Shown: positions 30,553 through 39,866 of the stretch, one piece after another
Layout of the letters: each line of letters starts with the position of its first letter
How positions within the stretch are numbered: position 1 is the stretch's first letter
Assembly: GCA_051746405.1 (NCBI GenBank)
Contig: JBNJFB010000015.1
Span: 1-47,655, forward strand
Direction of reading: 5' to 3'
DNA length: 47,655 nt
Source: Campylobacterota bacterium
GTDB taxonomy: Bacteria > Campylobacterota > Campylobacteria > Campylobacterales > Arcobacteraceae
Translations under genes and position numbers: made by a program
Notes under the pieces: generated by a model
The model's input: the letters and a program-made list of their open reading frames with translations, nothing else
Databases searched by the model: none
Told to the model about the DNA's origin: nothing

Positions 30553-31194
30553 ATGCAAAACAAAAAAACAGTCGCTATTTCATTAGCTGTGATTGTAGCT
30601 TTTTTTATTATAGCAGTAGTTGTTTATAATAATAATCAGTCACAAAAGATAAACAGTAAAGTACAAAAAAATCAAGATGCTTTAGTAAAAGACTACTCAT
30701 TTAGTATTGGAAATGAAGATGCAAAAGTACAACTTGTAGAGTTTTTTGATCCAGCTTGTGGTACATGTGCCCTATTCCACCCTTATGTAAAAGAGATTAT
30801 GAAACAAAATAAAGGAGATATAAAGCTTATTTATAGATATGCTCCATTTCATAAAAACTCAGATAAAATAGTGAAAATCTTAGAGGCTTCAAGAGCTCAA
30901 GATAAGTTTTTACAAACCCTAGAACTTACTTTTGTTACACAAAAATATTGGGTTAAAAAACATGTAGCCCAACCAAATATACTACTTGAAATTTTGCAAA
31001 ATTCCAAACATTTAGATATGGAAAAACTAAAAAAAGATATGAAAAATCCAAAATATGAAGAAATAATCAAACAAGATATGGCTGATGTTAGAAAACTAGG
31101 TGTTAATAAAACACCTTCATACTTCGTAAATGGTGAACTACTTGAAGATTTTGGATTAGAACAGTTAATAAACTTAATTGAATCAAAACTTTAA
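30553..31194 (+). CDS. DsbA/thioredoxin-fold disulfide oxidoreductase
   Basis: N-terminal anchor, EFFDPACGTC, TPSYFVNG. Confidence 0.9.
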   Translation: MQNKKTVAISLAVIVAFFIIAVVVYNNNQSQKINSKVQKNQDALVKDYSFSIGNEDAKVQLVEFFDPACGTCALFHPYVKEIMKQNKGDIKLIYRYAPFHKNSDKIVKILEASRAQDKFLQTLELTFVTQKYWVKKHVAQPNILLEILQNSKHLDMEKLKKDMKNPKYEEIIKQDMADVRKLGVNKTPSYFVNGELLEDFGLEQLINLIESKL

Positions 31195-31195
31195 A

Positions 31196-31224
31196 AATAA
31201 AAAGGGCTAATTGCCTTTTTTATT
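31196..31224 (+). terminator. Intrinsic terminator
   Basis: aataaaaagggc-taatt-gccttttttatt. Confidence 0.7.
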
Positions 31225-31342
31225 TAGACTTAAATCTTAGTAATTTTAAGATTAGAAACTCAACTAATAGTATCATAACCAATTTTTTGATATTATTCCG
31301 CCCTTAACTAGTAAATAAAATAATAGACATTAGGTTAATAAT

Positions 31343-31756
31343 ATGAAAGTAGTAACAGGTGTAGTTGGAAATGACATCCATGTAGTAGCAAATAGACTTA
31401 TCGACCTTTCACTTCAAGCAAGAGGTTTTGAGGTTTTTAATCTAGGGGTTAATACTTATTTAGAAGAGTTTATAGATGCAGTAATAGAAACAAATGCAGA
31501 TATTTTATTAATCTCTTCACTAAATGGTGAGGCTGAGGGCTGGTGTAGAGAAGTAAAAATTCTAAAAACAAAATATGGAAATCTTTTAGATAACGTGGTT
31601 TTTATGATAGGTGGTAACTTAGTAGTAGGTACAGGAAGTGCTTGCGATATTGTACCAAGGTTTAAAAACTATGGCTTTGATTTAGTTTTTCATCAAGTTG
31701 ATTTAAATACAGGACTTGATGAGCTTGAAAAATTTATGGAAGGTAGAAATAAATGA
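31343..31756 (+). CDS. mamA: Glutamate (methylaspartate) mutase sigma subunit, B12-binding
   Basis: GNDIHVVA (DxHxxG variant), FEVFNLG, ISSLNG, IGGNLVVG. Confidence 0.9.
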   Translation: MKVVTGVVGNDIHVVANRLIDLSLQARGFEVFNLGVNTYLEEFIDAVIETNADILLISSLNGEAEGWCREVKILKTKYGNLLDNVVFMIGGNLVVGTGSACDIVPRFKNYGFDLVFHQVDLNTGLDELEKFMEGRNK

Positions 31757-33117
31757 GTCTATTGCAAGAAGAGAGAAATATAATATTAAGTAATGAGCAT
31801 ATAGACAATTTTGATTTTGCAGAAGTTGAAGAGTTTGTAAAAAACGCCTCAAAAGACCTTTTTATCTCTCATAACTTTAAAACAAAAAATAAAATGCTAG
31901 TGCAGCCAAGAGGTGGGTTTCCCACTTATGACAAGATGTTTGCACTTTATGAGTTTTTCAATGAAGCTAATGTGGATGTTTTACCATGTACTATTGATTC
32001 AAATACAAGATTAAATGACTATGAAACAGCAAAAAAGATGTTAAGACTTAGTGAAGAGAATGAAGTTGATATGCTAAATGGTTACCCTCTTGTAACACAT
32101 GGATATAGAAACTCAAGAAAAATGATGACTCACTTTAATAAACCAATTAGTTTAAGACATGGAACTCCGGATGCAAGACTATTAATTGAAACAGCAATTG
32201 CTTCAGGTATTTTTGAGATTGAGGGTGGACCTATTACTTACCTTTTACCATACTCTAAAAATTTCCCATTAGATAAAGCATTTTTATACTGGAAGTATGT
32301 TGAAAAAGTTTGTGCTAAATACTCTGTTTTAAATGAACCAATAAATAGAGAGTCATTTGGACCACTAACAGCTACACTTGTTCCACCTTGTATTACTATA
32401 GTTATTCAACTACTAGAGATGCTTTTATCTCTTGAAGAGGGTGTTAAGTCATTTTCTGTATCATTTTCTCAAACAGGTTCAATGAACCAAGATATTGTAA
32501 TGGGTGCAGTTATTAGAAAACTTGCAAACTATTATGCAAATGAGATTAATTGTAGTGATGCAGATATACATCTTGTTTATCACCAATGGATGGGTGCATT
32601 TCCAATGGATTCTAACTTTGCATCTGAACTTATCTCAATGAGTACAGTAATTGCTTCAATGGTTGGTGCAAATAAGATTATTACAAAAACTAATCAAGAA
32701 GCATCAGGTATCCCTACAAAAGAGGCAAATGCCGAAACTGTAGCAAATACACAATATCTTCTAAGAATCTTAAATGGTCTTCCAAATGTAGTTGATAAAG
32801 AAGAGGAAGAGAACTTAACAGCAGAAGTTATGGCTATTATGGAAGCTGTATTTAACGACCCCGCTGATACTTTATGGAGAAAGGTATTCAACAGCATAAA
32901 AAATGGAACGATTGATGTGCCATTTTCACCACATATTATTAACCACAACGAAATGATTACAATAAGAGATAAAAATAAAAATATTAGAATAATCAAAAGA
33001 GGAAAAGTTCCAATTCCCAAGAAGTGCTTTGAGTATGAAAAAGCTCAATGCGATTTAAAAAAAGATACTACCTCAATAGTAAATGATATTATCCATGATA
33101 TAGGAATTATGCAATGA
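31753..33117 (+). CDS. glmE: Glutamate (methylaspartate) mutase epsilon subunit
   Basis: QPRGG, TIDSNTR, LNGYP, RHGTPDARLL, EGG..Y..PY, INRESFGPLT, HQWMG, IDVPFSP. Confidence 0.93.
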   Translation: MSLLQEERNIILSNEHIDNFDFAEVEEFVKNASKDLFISHNFKTKNKMLVQPRGGFPTYDKMFALYEFFNEANVDVLPCTIDSNTRLNDYETAKKMLRLSEENEVDMLNGYPLVTHGYRNSRKMMTHFNKPISLRHGTPDARLLIETAIASGIFEIEGGPITYLLPYSKNFPLDKAFLYWKYVEKVCAKYSVLNEPINRESFGPLTATLVPPCITIVIQLLEMLLSLEEGVKSFSVSFSQTGSMNQDIVMGAVIRKLANYYANEINCSDADIHLVYHQWMGAFPMDSNFASELISMSTVIASMVGANKIITKTNQEASGIPTKEANAETVANTQYLLRILNGLPNVVDKEEEENLTAEVMAIMEAVFNDPADTLWRKVFNSIKNGTIDVPFSPHIINHNEMITIRDKNKNIRIIKRGKVPIPKKCFEYEKAQCDLKKDTTSIVNDIIHDIGIMQ

Positions 33118-34316
33118 GCCAAGTAAATGAAAATAAAAATGATAAGTTACTAATCGATGTGGGAAGTACTTATTTTAAAGTAAGTACAGCAGGGAAAATT
33201 GAACAATACTTTAGAGATTTTAATAAAGATATCTTTGATGATTTAACTTATAAGTGTGGAGATATAATTCACAACTATAAAAAAGATGATGTTTTTATTT
33301 GTTCATCTGCAAATGGTGGGTTAAGTACATTGATAATAGGAGTTACAAACTCCTTTTCACTTAAATATGCTACAAATATTGCATTTAATTCAGGTATTAA
33401 TATTATAGATACAGTTTTATACAAAGATATAGAAAAAACCTCAATACCTAGTGAAACCATTGATGTGGTAATTATTGTTGGTGGAATTGATTCTGTTTCA
33501 AATATATTTGATGAAAAGTTATTTAAATTTTTAAAAGATATAAACTACTCAAATATTGTTTATGTAGGAACCCAAAAAGATGCACCAAAACTAAGCAAAA
33601 AAATTCAAAACCTTGTTGTTTTACCAAATATTATTACTAATAAACTACATGTAAAAGAAGATGACTTAAAAGATTATCTAACAAATCTTTATCAAGCTGA
33701 TATTATGGGTAAAGAAGATATCAAACACCTATATGAAATAACAAACAATAGAATCTACCCTACTCCATATATAGTAAATAAAACCCTACCTATGATTGAT
33801 AGCAAATTTAAAGTTGCAGACCCTTATATCCTAATAGATATTGGTGGTGCTACAACTGATATTCACTACTCAAAAGATTTAGTAGATGAAAATATTGTTA
33901 CAACAAATGAGTATGATAGATTGGTATTTAAAAAACTTGGTGTATTTAAATCAAGGGAGTCATTAATTTTCACAGCAAAAAACAATGAGTTTGTTTACGA
34001 GCTACTATCACATCTAAAATTAACTGAAAATATACTTGATGAACATAGTAGTAAAGCTACAACTGTTTTAATGCAACTTGCTATTTTCTTGGTACTTTGT
34101 AAAGTCTCTTCTTATAAAAAAGGCTATGTAAACCTAAAACTATTAGCACTTAACTCAATAGTATTTACAGGTGGTATTACAAAGGTGCTAAAGCCAGAAG
34201 AGATAGAAGATATAGTATCATTTTTTTATAGAAAAATATTAAACTCACAACATAAGCCAAACATAGTAAGAGATGAAAACTATGATATTTGGACGCTTTG
34301 TATAACAAATAAATAA
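33114..34316 (+). CDS. glmL: Glutamate mutase L (GlmL/MutL-type reactivating factor, actin-like ATPase)
   Basis: IDVGSTYFK, CSSANGG, VGGID, PTP, IDIGGATTDIH, TGG. Confidence 0.88.
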   Translation: MSQVNENKNDKLLIDVGSTYFKVSTAGKIEQYFRDFNKDIFDDLTYKCGDIIHNYKKDDVFICSSANGGLSTLIIGVTNSFSLKYATNIAFNSGINIIDTVLYKDIEKTSIPSETIDVVIIVGGIDSVSNIFDEKLFKFLKDINYSNIVYVGTQKDAPKLSKKIQNLVVLPNIITNKLHVKEDDLKDYLTNLYQADIMGKEDIKHLYEITNNRIYPTPYIVNKTLPMIDSKFKVADPYILIDIGGATTDIHYSKDLVDENIVTTNEYDRLVFKKLGVFKSRESLIFTAKNNEFVYELLSHLKLTENILDEHSSKATTVLMQLAIFLVLCKVSSYKKGYVNLKLLALNSIVFTGGITKVLKPEEIEDIVSFFYRKILNSQHKPNIVRDENYDIWTLCITNK

Positions 34317-34325
34317 GGGGCTAAG

Positions 34326-35903
34326 ATGTCAATAAACTGTATTAGAACACTACTAGAAGATGCTGCTATTTCTCATCCTAAAAAAACAGCTATAGTATTT
34401 AATGAAAAAAGCATTACATATGAAGATTTATTGAAAAAAGCAAATCAAGTAGCTTTTTATCTAAAAGAGTTAAACCTACCAAAAAATAGTAGAATTGGTA
34501 TTTATTCAAACAAAGGAATTGATCAAGTAATAGCTATTTTAGCTATATTATCAACAGATTATGTTTTGGTTCCTTTAACAAAACTTCTAAAACCTGAACA
34601 AGTTGAGTATATTATAAATGACTGTGATATTAAAGGTATTATTACTGATAAACTAAAACTTGAAAGTATAGAAGAGATTAACTTTGATGGTCATATTGTA
34701 TCTTATGAAACAGCTCATAAAGATATTGCTTCATTTGAAGAGATATATAAGTATTATAATAAACCCTATCATCATGATGTAAACGGGCATGATAATGCAG
34801 TAATTACATACTCTTTTGGACTTACAGGTCAACCAAAGGGAATAGTAATCACCCATAGAAACTTAATAGACTCAGCAAGAGTTGTATCTAAATATTTAGA
34901 GTTAGAAGAAAACGATGTAATTTCAGGAATACTTATCTTTAATCTTGATTATGGACTAAACCAGCTATTTTGCAGCCTGTATAAAAGAGCCACATTAGCT
35001 TTACATAGATTTATTTTGCCAAATGATTTCTTTAATCACTTGATAAATGATGAAGTAACAGTAATACCTCTTATGCCTATAAATATTACTATGATGTTTG
35101 ATGAAGATGAGCATAGACTTCCTAGTTCTGAACTGCTTCAAAACGTGAGAGTTATAACCTCTTCAGGGGGAAATGTAACACAAAAAATGTTAAAAGATTT
35201 AGATAAATATTTTCCAGATGCTAAATTTTACTCAATGCATGGTTTAACAGAAGCGTTTAGATCTACTTATCTTGAACCATCACAAATCTGGATTAGACCC
35301 GATTCAATTGGAAAAGCAATTCCAGATGTTGAGTTATATGTAGTAAATGATGAGGGACAAGAGTGTAAACCAAGGGAAGTTGGTGAGTTAATTCATAGGG
35401 GTGGTTACATATACAAAGGCTTTTGGAATGCTCCTATACAAACAGCTGAAAGATTTAAGTCTATTCAGATTTTAAAAGATGTAATTTGTCTTGATGGACA
35501 ATTAACTGATGAAACTGTTATAGCTTCAGGTGATTATGTATATAAAGATGAAGAGGGTTACTTCTATTTTGTATCAAGACATGATGATATGATAAAAACA
35601 AGAGGTTTTAGAGTAAGCCCATATGAAATAGAATCAGTTGTAGAGAATAACTTTCCTTCTATACAACAATGTGCGGTATTTTCCATACAAAATCCTGAGA
35701 TTGAAGAAGAGATTGTATTAGTTTATAGTTCAAAAAATGAAATCCCTCAAAAAGAGATAACCTTTGAATTAAAAAAACATCTAGCTTCTTATATGATACC
35801 ATCAAGAATAATTTATAAAAAATCTTTGCCATTAGTTCCAAGTGATAAAAATAAGATAAATAAAGAAGATTTAAAGCAAGAGTTACTTGATTCTTTAAAA
35901 TAA
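34326..35903 (+). CDS. AMP-forming ligase / stand-alone adenylation enzyme
   Basis: TGQPKG, DYGLNQL, GLTEAFRSTYL, RPDSIGKAIP, GELIHRG, SGD, R.DDMIKTRGFRVSP; resembles the exosortase A-associated acyl-CoA ligase family. Confidence 0.9.
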   Translation: MSINCIRTLLEDAAISHPKKTAIVFNEKSITYEDLLKKANQVAFYLKELNLPKNSRIGIYSNKGIDQVIAILAILSTDYVLVPLTKLLKPEQVEYIINDCDIKGIITDKLKLESIEEINFDGHIVSYETAHKDIASFEEIYKYYNKPYHHDVNGHDNAVITYSFGLTGQPKGIVITHRNLIDSARVVSKYLELEENDVISGILIFNLDYGLNQLFCSLYKRATLALHRFILPNDFFNHLINDEVTVIPLMPINITMMFDEDEHRLPSSELLQNVRVITSSGGNVTQKMLKDLDKYFPDAKFYSMHGLTEAFRSTYLEPSQIWIRPDSIGKAIPDVELYVVNDEGQECKPREVGELIHRGGYIYKGFWNAPIQTAERFKSIQILKDVICLDGQLTDETVIASGDYVYKDEEGYFYFVSRHDDMIKTRGFRVSPYEIESVVENNFPSIQQCAVFSIQNPEIEEEIVLVYSSKNEIPQKEITFELKKHLASYMIPSRIIYKKSLPLVPSDKNKINKEDLKQELLDSLK

Positions 35904-35912
35904 TAATGTTTT

Positions 35913-35950
35913 TGTGAGATAAAAAAGGTATTTTTCACCTTTTTTTCACA
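35913..35950 (+). terminator. Intrinsic terminator of the mutase operon
   Basis: tgtgagataaaaaaggt...acctttttttcaca. Confidence 0.65.
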
Positions 35951-35954
35951 ATTA

Positions 35955-35968
35955 TTGACTAAAATCAA
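35955..35968. promoter_or_regulatory. Crp/Fnr-family (Nss/Fnr-type) binding site
   Basis: TTGACTAAAATCAA (TTGA-N6-TCAA), upstream of TAGAAT at 35991-35996. Confidence 0.65.
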
Positions 35969-36026
35969 TTAAATCTAATAAAAAGTTTTATAGAATAAAC
36001 TTACAATAAAATAGAAGGATTAAAAT

Positions 36027-36305
36027 ATGAAAAAATTAGTAGTAGCTGCATCTTTATTAACAGCATGTGTTGCGTTTGCAAACCCTTATGCAAAATGTGT
36101 TTCTTGTCATGGAGCAAATGGTGAAAAAGTAGCAATGGGTAAGTCTAAAATCATCAAAGATATGACTAAAGCAGAGTTCATTGAAGCAATGAAAGGTTAT
36201 AAAGATGGAAGTTATGGTGGACCTATGAAAGGTTTAATGAAAGCTCAAGTAGCAAGTCTATCAGATGCTGATATTGAAGCAATCGCTAACAAGATTGCTA
36301 AGTAG
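36027..36305 (+). CDS. Periplasmic monoheme cytochrome c553
   Basis: Signal peptide, CVSCHG, distal GLMK Met ligand. Confidence 0.93.
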   Translation: MKKLVVAASLLTACVAFANPYAKCVSCHGANGEKVAMGKSKIIKDMTKAEFIEAMKGYKDGSYGGPMKGLMKAQVASLSDADIEAIANKIAK

Positions 36306-36312
36306 TCCAAAT

Positions 36313-36341
36313 TAGCTATAACTAACCTTTAGTTATGGCTA
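36313..36341. terminator. Hairpin between convergent genes
   Basis: tagctataact-aaccttt-agttatggcta. Confidence 0.55.
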
Positions 36342-37145
36342 ATAAAGAGCAATACTATTTCTTGCTTTATTTATAAACTCTTCTTTATTTTTACAATCAA
36401 TAAAAAAACTAATGCCGATACTAACTGTTAAAAAAATATCACTATTTTTATAATAGACTCTTTTTGACTTTACAGCAGTTTTTAAATCATCTATTTTTTT
36501 TATAATCTCATCTTTTGGAAGAAAAGCAAATATCACAAACTCTTCGCCCCCATATCTATAAACCTCACCATTTATATAGTATGAGTGTTCTTTTAATATC
36601 TCTGATAAAAACTGCAATACTCTATTGGCAGTATCATAACCATGATTATAATTTATCTTTCTAAAATCATCAATTTTTATAAAAATACCACTAAGCAAAT
36701 TTGAGTTATTTTGATTGATAAAGCTATCTAAATCTTCATACATCTTTTTCATATTATATACATCTGTTAAATAGTCTTTATTTACCCTATTTTCTAACTG
36801 CTTTTTCTCTTCTTGAAGCTTTTTAATTAAATCATCTTTATAATCTTTTTCAAAAATTATATTTTTTTGCTCTATAATACTGCCTAGTATAAACTCAAAC
36901 CTATTATGAATACTAGAGTATTTAACTTCATTACACTCTATTACTATTTGAGGTTTATCTTCACCTAAGCCATTTGTTAGTTTTAATCTATCAAACTTTT
37001 TTAATGAATATGTTAATTCATCATTAATGAGCTTAGGCTCTAAAAGCTCCTTTTTCCAATACTTAGTGCTGTTTTTTACTATTTGTTTACATGTTTGATT
37101 TAAAATACTCTCAAAAAGCTCTCTATCTAAAGATATTTTATACAT
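36339..37145 (-). CDS. GGDEF domain protein (degenerate) with N-terminal ASCH/PUA-like domain
   Basis: DYLTDVYN, YRYGGEEF, LTVSIG; N-terminus resembles ASCH-like proteins by eye. Confidence 0.8.
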   Translation of the reverse strand: MYKISLDRELFESILNQTCKQIVKNSTKYWKKELLEPKLINDELTYSLKKFDRLKLTNGLGEDKPQIVIECNEVKYSSIHNRFEFILGSIIEQKNIIFEKDYKDDLIKKLQEEKKQLENRVNKDYLTDVYNMKKMYEDLDSFINQNNSNLLSGIFIKIDDFRKINYNHGYDTANRVLQFLSEILKEHSYYINGEVYRYGGEEFVIFAFLPKDEIIKKIDDLKTAVKSKRVYYKNSDIFLTVSIGISFFIDCKNKEEFINKARNSIALY

Positions 37146-37286
37146 ACTTCACCTTATGTTTGATAATAAAACTATACCAATAACTCTCTTACTTTTAAGA
37201 ATTATAATAGAAAGTAATATTGATTTTATAACTTTTTAATATAATATCTAGTAATATTTCATAAATTTTAATTATAAGGAAAACAA

Positions 37287-38447
37287 ATGAAACTAAGAGA
37301 AAAATACAATCCAATGTGTTTTTTATCAGCACTAGGAGCAGGAGGACTATCTGTATCATTTTTTATGTATTTAATGTTCCTAGTACCACATAAAGGTTCG
37401 CCAATGGCCACCTTTGATTTTATTATGCCAAAATTGATGGAAGGTACATGGCTATCTTTTGTTATTATATTTTCATTAATATTCATTCTACTTTTTGCTT
37501 TTTTTCACTTTAAGTTACTGATTTTTAGTACTAAACAGTTTAATTTATATAAAAAAACAGAAGCTTATAAGAGCTTAAAAAACTCAAATGCTGAAATATC
37601 TCTTATGACTATACCATTAACTTATGCAATGACTATTAATGTATGTTTTGTTTTAGGTGCAGTTTTTGTGCCAAATCTATGGAGTATTGTTGAGTTTATG
37701 TTTCCTTTTGCTTTACTTGGATTTATAGTTGCAGGATATTTTGCTTTAAAAATATTTTTTGAATACTTTTCAAGAATTATGGTAAATGGAGATTTTGATT
37801 TTACAAAAAACAATAACCTATCTCAAATGATTTCAATATTTGCATTTGCTATGATTGGTGTAGGTTTTGCAGCACCTGGAGCTATGAGTCATAATATTGT
37901 AATAAATGCAATGGGTATTTTTGGTGCTATATTTTTTGCTTCAATTAGTATACTTCTTTTAATAATAAAACTTACAATTGGATTTAAAAATATGTTTGAA
38001 CACGGGGTTTCACTTGAAGCTAGTCCATCACTTTGGATAATTATACCTATTTTAACTCTACTTGGAATTACAGCTGTTAGAGTATCATTTGGTTTAGATC
38101 ATAACTTTGATGCAACCTTAGCTAAATCATCACTATTTACATTAACATCTACAATAGTATCTCTACAGATTATTTTTGGGCTATTAGGATATAAAATCAT
38201 GAAACAAATGGGATACTTTGAGAAGTATATAAATGGTGAAACTAAATCACCTGTATCATTTGCACTAATTTGTCCAGGTGTGGCATTTATGGTATTTGGT
38301 ATGTTTTTTGTAAACTTTGGTTTAACAGCAAATGGTGTTATGGAGAAATACTCACTATTTTACTTTTTATTAATGATTCCATTTATGTATATTCAGTATA
38401 AAACTGTACTATACTTCTTTAAACTAAAAACAAAATTTGAATTTTAA
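37287..38447 (+). CDS. Polytopic membrane protein, TsoY-like family
   Basis: FLSALGAGGLSVSFFMYLMF, PLTYAMTINV, ALICPGVA; about 10 TM; Cys encoded by TGT. Confidence 0.65.
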   Translation: MKLREKYNPMCFLSALGAGGLSVSFFMYLMFLVPHKGSPMATFDFIMPKLMEGTWLSFVIIFSLIFILLFAFFHFKLLIFSTKQFNLYKKTEAYKSLKNSNAEISLMTIPLTYAMTINVCFVLGAVFVPNLWSIVEFMFPFALLGFIVAGYFALKIFFEYFSRIMVNGDFDFTKNNNLSQMISIFAFAMIGVGFAAPGAMSHNIVINAMGIFGAIFFASISILLLIIKLTIGFKNMFEHGVSLEASPSLWIIIPILTLLGITAVRVSFGLDHNFDATLAKSSLFTLTSTIVSLQIIFGLLGYKIMKQMGYFEKYINGETKSPVSFALICPGVAFMVFGMFFVNFGLTANGVMEKYSLFYFLLMIPFMYIQYKTVLYFFKLKTKFEF

Positions 38448-38453
38448 TTAAAT

Positions 38454-38482
38454 TTATCAAAGAGCCATAAACTCTTTGATAA
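38454..38482 (+). terminator. Hairpin, likely terminator
   Basis: ttatcaaagag-ccataaa-ctctttgataa. Confidence 0.6.
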
Positions 38483-38538
38483 TTCAAGTGTTCTAAATAC
38501 TTATTTTATTAAAATAATTAAAAACCAAAGGGAACAAC

Positions 38539-39828
38539 TTGAGAACTAAAAACTATATTTTTTTGCTACTTGGTATAATACTATTTACAGGATGTAGTAA
38601 AAATATTTATATATCTTCTAATAAAGAGAAAAAACAGATAACTTTTCCTAAAACAGTCCTTGATGAGCTTGAAATCAAAATCAAAAGTAGCAATAATTTT
38701 AAAAAACAGCATACACTAAAAAAAGAGTTTATAAACAAATATTTTGCACCATGGAGATTAGAAAAAGTATCAATACCAAAAGATGAAGCCAAATGGGCTT
38801 TAAACTACAAATATCAAGAGATATATCTACAAAATCACAAAAAAGCAACAAAAAAGTGGTTTAATCTTCAAGAAAAAAACTCAAACTTCAAAGATTATAA
38901 TAAGCTAGCAAGAAAAGCAATTACAATAAAAAACTCAAATATAAGAGCCCTACCAACAAAACAAGTACTATTTAAAAACCCAAATCAAGCTGGCGAGGGT
39001 TTTCCTTTTGATTATAATCAAAATTCAACACTTAAGATAAATACTCCTATATTTGTCTCTCACCTATCAAAAGATAAAGCATGGGCTTTTATACAAACGC
39101 CCTCTTTTGCAGGATGGATAGATATACACAATATAGCATTTACAACTAATAGATTTATAAAAGAGTTTAAAACTCATAACTACCATATAGCCATAAAAGA
39201 TAACTTTGCTATTTATGAAAATAGTAACTTTAAAGAGTATATAAAATTAGCTACTTTTTTTCCTAAAAAAAATAGTAAATATCTAATAGCAAATAAAAAC
39301 TCAAACCAAGAAGCAGTAGTATCATATATAGACATTAAAAAAAGTAATATAAGCAGTTTTCCACTAAAATTTAGTAAAACAACTACAATAGATATTGCAA
39401 AGCAACTTTTTAATGAACCTTATGGTTGGGGTGGACTACTTAATAAAAGAGACTGTTCTAGCTTTACAAAAGACTACTTTGCAGTTTTTGGAAAATACTT
39501 AAGTAGAAACTCAAGAGCCCAAACAACAAATGGAACTTATATTGATATATCAAACTTAACAAATAAAGAGAAAAAAGCATTTATTTTAAAAAATGCAAAA
39601 CCATTTCAAACTTTAGTTTACTTAAAAGGTCATATAATGATTTATATAGGTTCTAAACAAAACGAACCCCTTGTTATACATAATGTTTGGGGCTTAAAAC
39701 TTCACTCATTTTTCAAAGAAGAGTTTAGACATATAATAGGTAAAGCTGCAATAACAAACCTAAATCCAGGTAAAAGCCTAAAAGGTTTCAATAAACAAAA
39801 CAGCATTCTATCAAGAGTTCAGGGCTAG
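38539..39828 (+). CDS. SH3 domain-containing NlpC/P60 (C40) peptidoglycan peptidase lipoprotein
   Basis: Lipobox FTGC, GEGFPFDYNQNS, PYGWGG..RDCS, GHI. Confidence 0.92.
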   Translation: MRTKNYIFLLLGIILFTGCSKNIYISSNKEKKQITFPKTVLDELEIKIKSSNNFKKQHTLKKEFINKYFAPWRLEKVSIPKDEAKWALNYKYQEIYLQNHKKATKKWFNLQEKNSNFKDYNKLARKAITIKNSNIRALPTKQVLFKNPNQAGEGFPFDYNQNSTLKINTPIFVSHLSKDKAWAFIQTPSFAGWIDIHNIAFTTNRFIKEFKTHNYHIAIKDNFAIYENSNFKEYIKLATFFPKKNSKYLIANKNSNQEAVVSYIDIKKSNISSFPLKFSKTTTIDIAKQLFNEPYGWGGLLNKRDCSSFTKDYFAVFGKYLSRNSRAQTTNGTYIDISNLTNKEKKAFILKNAKPFQTLVYLKGHIMIYIGSKQNEPLVIHNVWGLKLHSFFKEEFRHIIGKAAITNLNPGKSLKGFNKQNSILSRVQG

Positions 39829-39866
39829 TTTTCTTATAATATAACTAACCCTTGAAACCTATATAG

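Noticed and set aside
31225..31342. Cobalamin riboswitch upstream of the mutase operon
   Set aside because: Region is short and AT-rich with no B12-box
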